Shown in pieces: positions 61,658 through 64,000 of a stretch of DNA of 64,000 bases (its first letter is position 1; each line of letters begins with the position of its first letter). The translations under genes were made by a program, and so were the position numbers. The stretch is taken from assembly GCA_036821185.1 (NCBI GenBank), contig DAISKD010000001.1, forward strand, positions 367,406 through 431,405, read 5' to 3'. The notes below the pieces were generated by a model, which was not told where the DNA came from, made no database searches, and saw nothing but the letters and a program-made list of their open reading frames with translations. The stretch is from Chloroflexota bacterium (GTDB lineage Bacteria > Chloroflexota > Dehalococcoidia > GIF9 > UBA5629).

Positions 61658-62287
61658 ATGAGAGTATTGAGAAGCTTGGTCATCTGTCTGGGCCTTATCG
61701 GAATGCTTGCCCTTTTTGGTCTGGTGCTAGGATACTACCTGTATTCATTAACACCAGAGATCCAGACAAAAGTCACCCCGGTGCTACCTGATGAAAAATC
61801 GGCGCTGGCTTTTGAGGAGAAAATAGCTACCTTCAAGGGTGAAATCGAAGGGGCAGTGGAAAGCAACCAGAAAAAAGAGGTCAACTTGCAGATCAACGAA
61901 AAGGAGATCAACGCAAAATTAAGCAAAGAGTTGGCTAAAGCTAAAGCTAACCCCAACGGTAAGCCACTCATCGAAAAGATGATTGTCAACTTGCGCAATA
62001 GCAATGGGGGTGAGTTTTTGGTTTACGTAGAGCTGGAAGCCCCCGGGGTCAACGCCAAGACAGGCATAATCGGACATGTAAAAATGGTGGACGATAAACC
62101 TAGAATCGTGGTCACCGATTTCAATCTTGGTAAACTACCACTGCCTAAGTCGTTGAACCAGAGGGTAGAGCAACTACTTAACATCGTGGTCAACATCAGA
62201 CTGGCAGACCTACCGCTAACAGTAACCAACGTCGAGATAAAAAACCGTCAGATCACCATTACCGGCCTCACCAGACCAGCCAGGTAA
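61658..62287 (+). CDS. Membrane-anchored hypothetical protein
   Basis: N-terminal TM helix, then a Lys/Glu-rich helical region and a beta-rich C-terminus. No recognisable motif. An AAGGAG Shine-Dalgarno sequence sits upstream. Confidence 0.4.
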   Translation: MRVLRSLVICLGLIGMLALFGLVLGYYLYSLTPEIQTKVTPVLPDEKSALAFEEKIATFKGEIEGAVESNQKKEVNLQINEKEINAKLSKELAKAKANPNGKPLIEKMIVNLRNSNGGEFLVYVELEAPGVNAKTGIIGHVKMVDDKPRIVVTDFNLGKLPLPKSLNQRVEQLLNIVVNIRLADLPLTVTNVEIKNRQITITGLTRPAR

Positions 62288-62299
62288 CAAATTTTGACA

Positions 62300-63622
62300 T
62301 CAAAGACCGAAAAGTCCGCGAGGTATCTTACCTTTGGCTGCCATTTTGGCTAATTTTTTTGCCTGATAATATTGACTCAATAATTGGTTGACATCGCGTG
62401 GAGTGGTGCCACTTCCCCGAGCAATACGTCGACGTCTACTGCCATTTATAATATCTGGGTTACGTCTCTCCTCTGGCGTCATGGACAAAATTATGGCCTC
62501 GAACCTGCGCAGTCGTTGCTCCTCATCGCCCTGGAGTAACTTCGGAGAAATGCCCGCGAAGCCTGGTAACAGCCCTGCCACCTGAGCGAGACTGCCCATC
62601 TTCTTGAACTGACGCAATTGCCAGAGCAAGTCTTCTAGATCGAAACTGGCAGTCCGCAGTTTTTTCTCCGCTTGACGCGACTGCTCGTCTGCGAACACTT
62701 TTTCCGCCTTCTCAATAAGAGTAAGTACATCGCCCATGCCTAAAATCCGGGATGCTAGACGGTCAGGGTGGAAAACTTCCAATGCATCAGGCTTTTCGCC
62801 TGTACCAATGAATTTGATCGGTATGCCGGTAAAATATTTGGCAGAAAGCACGGCACCACCCCGGGCATCGCCATCCATTTTGGTCAGTATCAGCCCGGTT
62901 AAGCCCAATTTCCTGTGAAACTCTTCAGCAACGTTAAGCGCGTCCTGACCACTCATAGCATCGACCACCAGTAGAATCTCGGATGGCTTAATTTCTGTTT
63001 TCAATTGAACCAGTTCAGTCATCATTTCCTCATCAATGTGCAAGCGCCCCTGGGTATCAATGACCACCCACTTAGCCCCCATTTGCTCAGCAACTTTCAA
63101 TGCCTGCCGGCAGAGGGCTAAGGTAGCTGCCTCTTTATTATCGCTATAAACCGGGATATCAAGTTGCCTACCAAGTAACACCAGCTGGTCAACAGCAGCT
63201 GGTCTACGCGTATCTGCAGCCACAAGCAGTGGCCGCTGCCCAGAATTCTTGAGGTATAAAGCTATTTTGGCCGCTGTTGTAGTCTTTCCAGAACCCTGCA
63301 GCCCAACAAGCATCATCGCGGAGACAGGCTGCCTGCCCGGTGTGAGCTGGCTGGCCACTCCCCCCAGAATATTGGTAAGCTCGTCATTAACAATCTTGAC
63401 TATCTGTTGGACAGGAGTCAAATGCGATAACACACTTGCATCCAAAGCACGCACCCTGACTTTCGACAGAAAGTCTTTGACCACTTTGAAGTTGACATCT
63501 GCCTCCAATAAAGCCAAACGCACCTGCCTGAGCGCCTCATCTATGTCCTTTTCGCTCAGCTTCCCCTTACCACCGAGGTTTTTGAAAATCTGTGAAAACC
63601 GTTGGGTCAGAATCTCGAACAT
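62300..63622 (-). CDS. ffh: Signal recognition particle protein Ffh
   Basis: NG domain GTPase motifs (GLQGSGKTTTAAK, DTRRPAA, DTQGR, TKMDGDARGG) and a Met-rich M domain. 440 aa. Confidence 0.95.
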   Translation of the reverse strand: MFEILTQRFSQIFKNLGGKGKLSEKDIDEALRQVRLALLEADVNFKVVKDFLSKVRVRALDASVLSHLTPVQQIVKIVNDELTNILGGVASQLTPGRQPVSAMMLVGLQGSGKTTTAAKIALYLKNSGQRPLLVAADTRRPAAVDQLVLLGRQLDIPVYSDNKEAATLALCRQALKVAEQMGAKWVVIDTQGRLHIDEEMMTELVQLKTEIKPSEILLVVDAMSGQDALNVAEEFHRKLGLTGLILTKMDGDARGGAVLSAKYFTGIPIKFIGTGEKPDALEVFHPDRLASRILGMGDVLTLIEKAEKVFADEQSRQAEKKLRTASFDLEDLLWQLRQFKKMGSLAQVAGLLPGFAGISPKLLQGDEEQRLRRFEAIILSMTPEERRNPDIINGSRRRRIARGSGTTPRDVNQLLSQYYQAKKLAKMAAKGKIPRGLFGL

Positions 63623-63765
63623 AGCCAGTTTCCACGATTGTACACAGAGGAATTATGCCAGTCAAACCGCCAAGCAGGCTAGGCATACTTTCCCGCCTGC
63701 TACACGTTTGACTTAGACCCTAATTAGAGCTAACATTTATCCCGCAAGTGCTAGACTCACCGAAC

Positions 63766-64000
63766 ATGCAACCAGCGAGGACTGCTACCGGCCAAAACGA
63801 GGGTATTTATGAGATCAGGTGGCATGGCCGCGGCGGACAAGGTGCAGTCACAGCTGCAAAAATAGTAGCCTATGCCGCCTTTCTGGACGGGTATCCCGGC
63901 GTGACATCAGCACCGTTTTTCGGTGCTGAAAGGAGAGGCATGCCCATAACTGCCCTGACCAGATTGTCACTTGAACCCATGTATATCGTATCTCAGGTGG
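63766..64000 (+). CDS. 2-oxoacid:ferredoxin oxidoreductase gamma subunit (pyruvate/ketoisovalerate type), 3'-truncated at the window end
   Basis: [60 protein letters not shown] matches the PorG N-terminal consensus (IRxHGRGGQG...FGxERRG). Confidence 0.65.
   Translation, partial: MQPARTATGQNEGIYEIRWHGRGGQGAVTAAKIVAYAAFLDGYPGVTSAPFFGAERRGMPITALTRLSLEPMYIVSQV

Noticed and set aside
1-64000. tRNA, rRNA, CRISPR repeats, IS elements
   Set aside because: Manual inspection of all intergenic regions showed no cloverleaf-compatible ~75-nt segments with GTTCGA-type T-arms, no regularly spaced direct repeats, and no transposase or integrase ORFs.

Overview
This 64-kb window is a chromosomal segment dominated by housekeeping genes. 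The lineage is uncertain; GC content of roughly 50% and the gene order are inference only. I found no rRNA, tRNA, CRISPR array or integrase/transposase.

Genes in order:
- a 5'-truncated ArsB/NhaD-type anion permease, a tandem UspA, and a PadR regulator with its DUF1700/HAAS membrane partner
- a secreted thermonuclease and ruvB
- rpoB-rpoC, standing alone with a near-consensus promoter and not joined to rplKAJL
- an acyl-CoA ligase followed by a complete DctPQM TRAP transporter
- a large beta-helix/CARDB surface-anchored protein
- a tightly overlapping four-gene operon: lysine 2,3-aminomutase (KamA), two Ddl-like ATP-grasp ligases and a GNAT acetyltransferase
- a CBS-domain site-2 protease and a REC-HD-GYP response regulator
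- a glycogen cluster built entirely on GH57 enzymes: glgC, a GH57 branching enzyme, glgA, a ROK glucokinase and two more GH57 proteins
- holA
- a small EncFtn-like half-ferritin with no encapsulin gene nearby
- purD-purE-purB-purC-purS
- a sirtuin and endonuclease V
- prfB with its programmed +1 frameshift
- an MA-clan metallopeptidase, radC, an orphan family-5 solute-binding protein and an HDAC-family deacetylase
- secDF, cca, ppsA, a dgt-like HD protein, dnaG-rpoD, ffh
- the 5' end of a 2-oxoacid:ferredoxin oxidoreductase gamma subunit

The best candidate for an undescribed system is the KamA / 2x ATP-grasp / GNAT operon at 20265-24079. I read it as a probable pathway for an N-acylated beta-lysine-containing peptide or compatible solute.

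Secondary observations:
- recurring TTGTC/GACAA palindromes in several promoter regions
- a 400-bp gene-free convergent gap at 41538-41943
- the orphan EncFtn-like gene
- the all-GH57 glycogen locus
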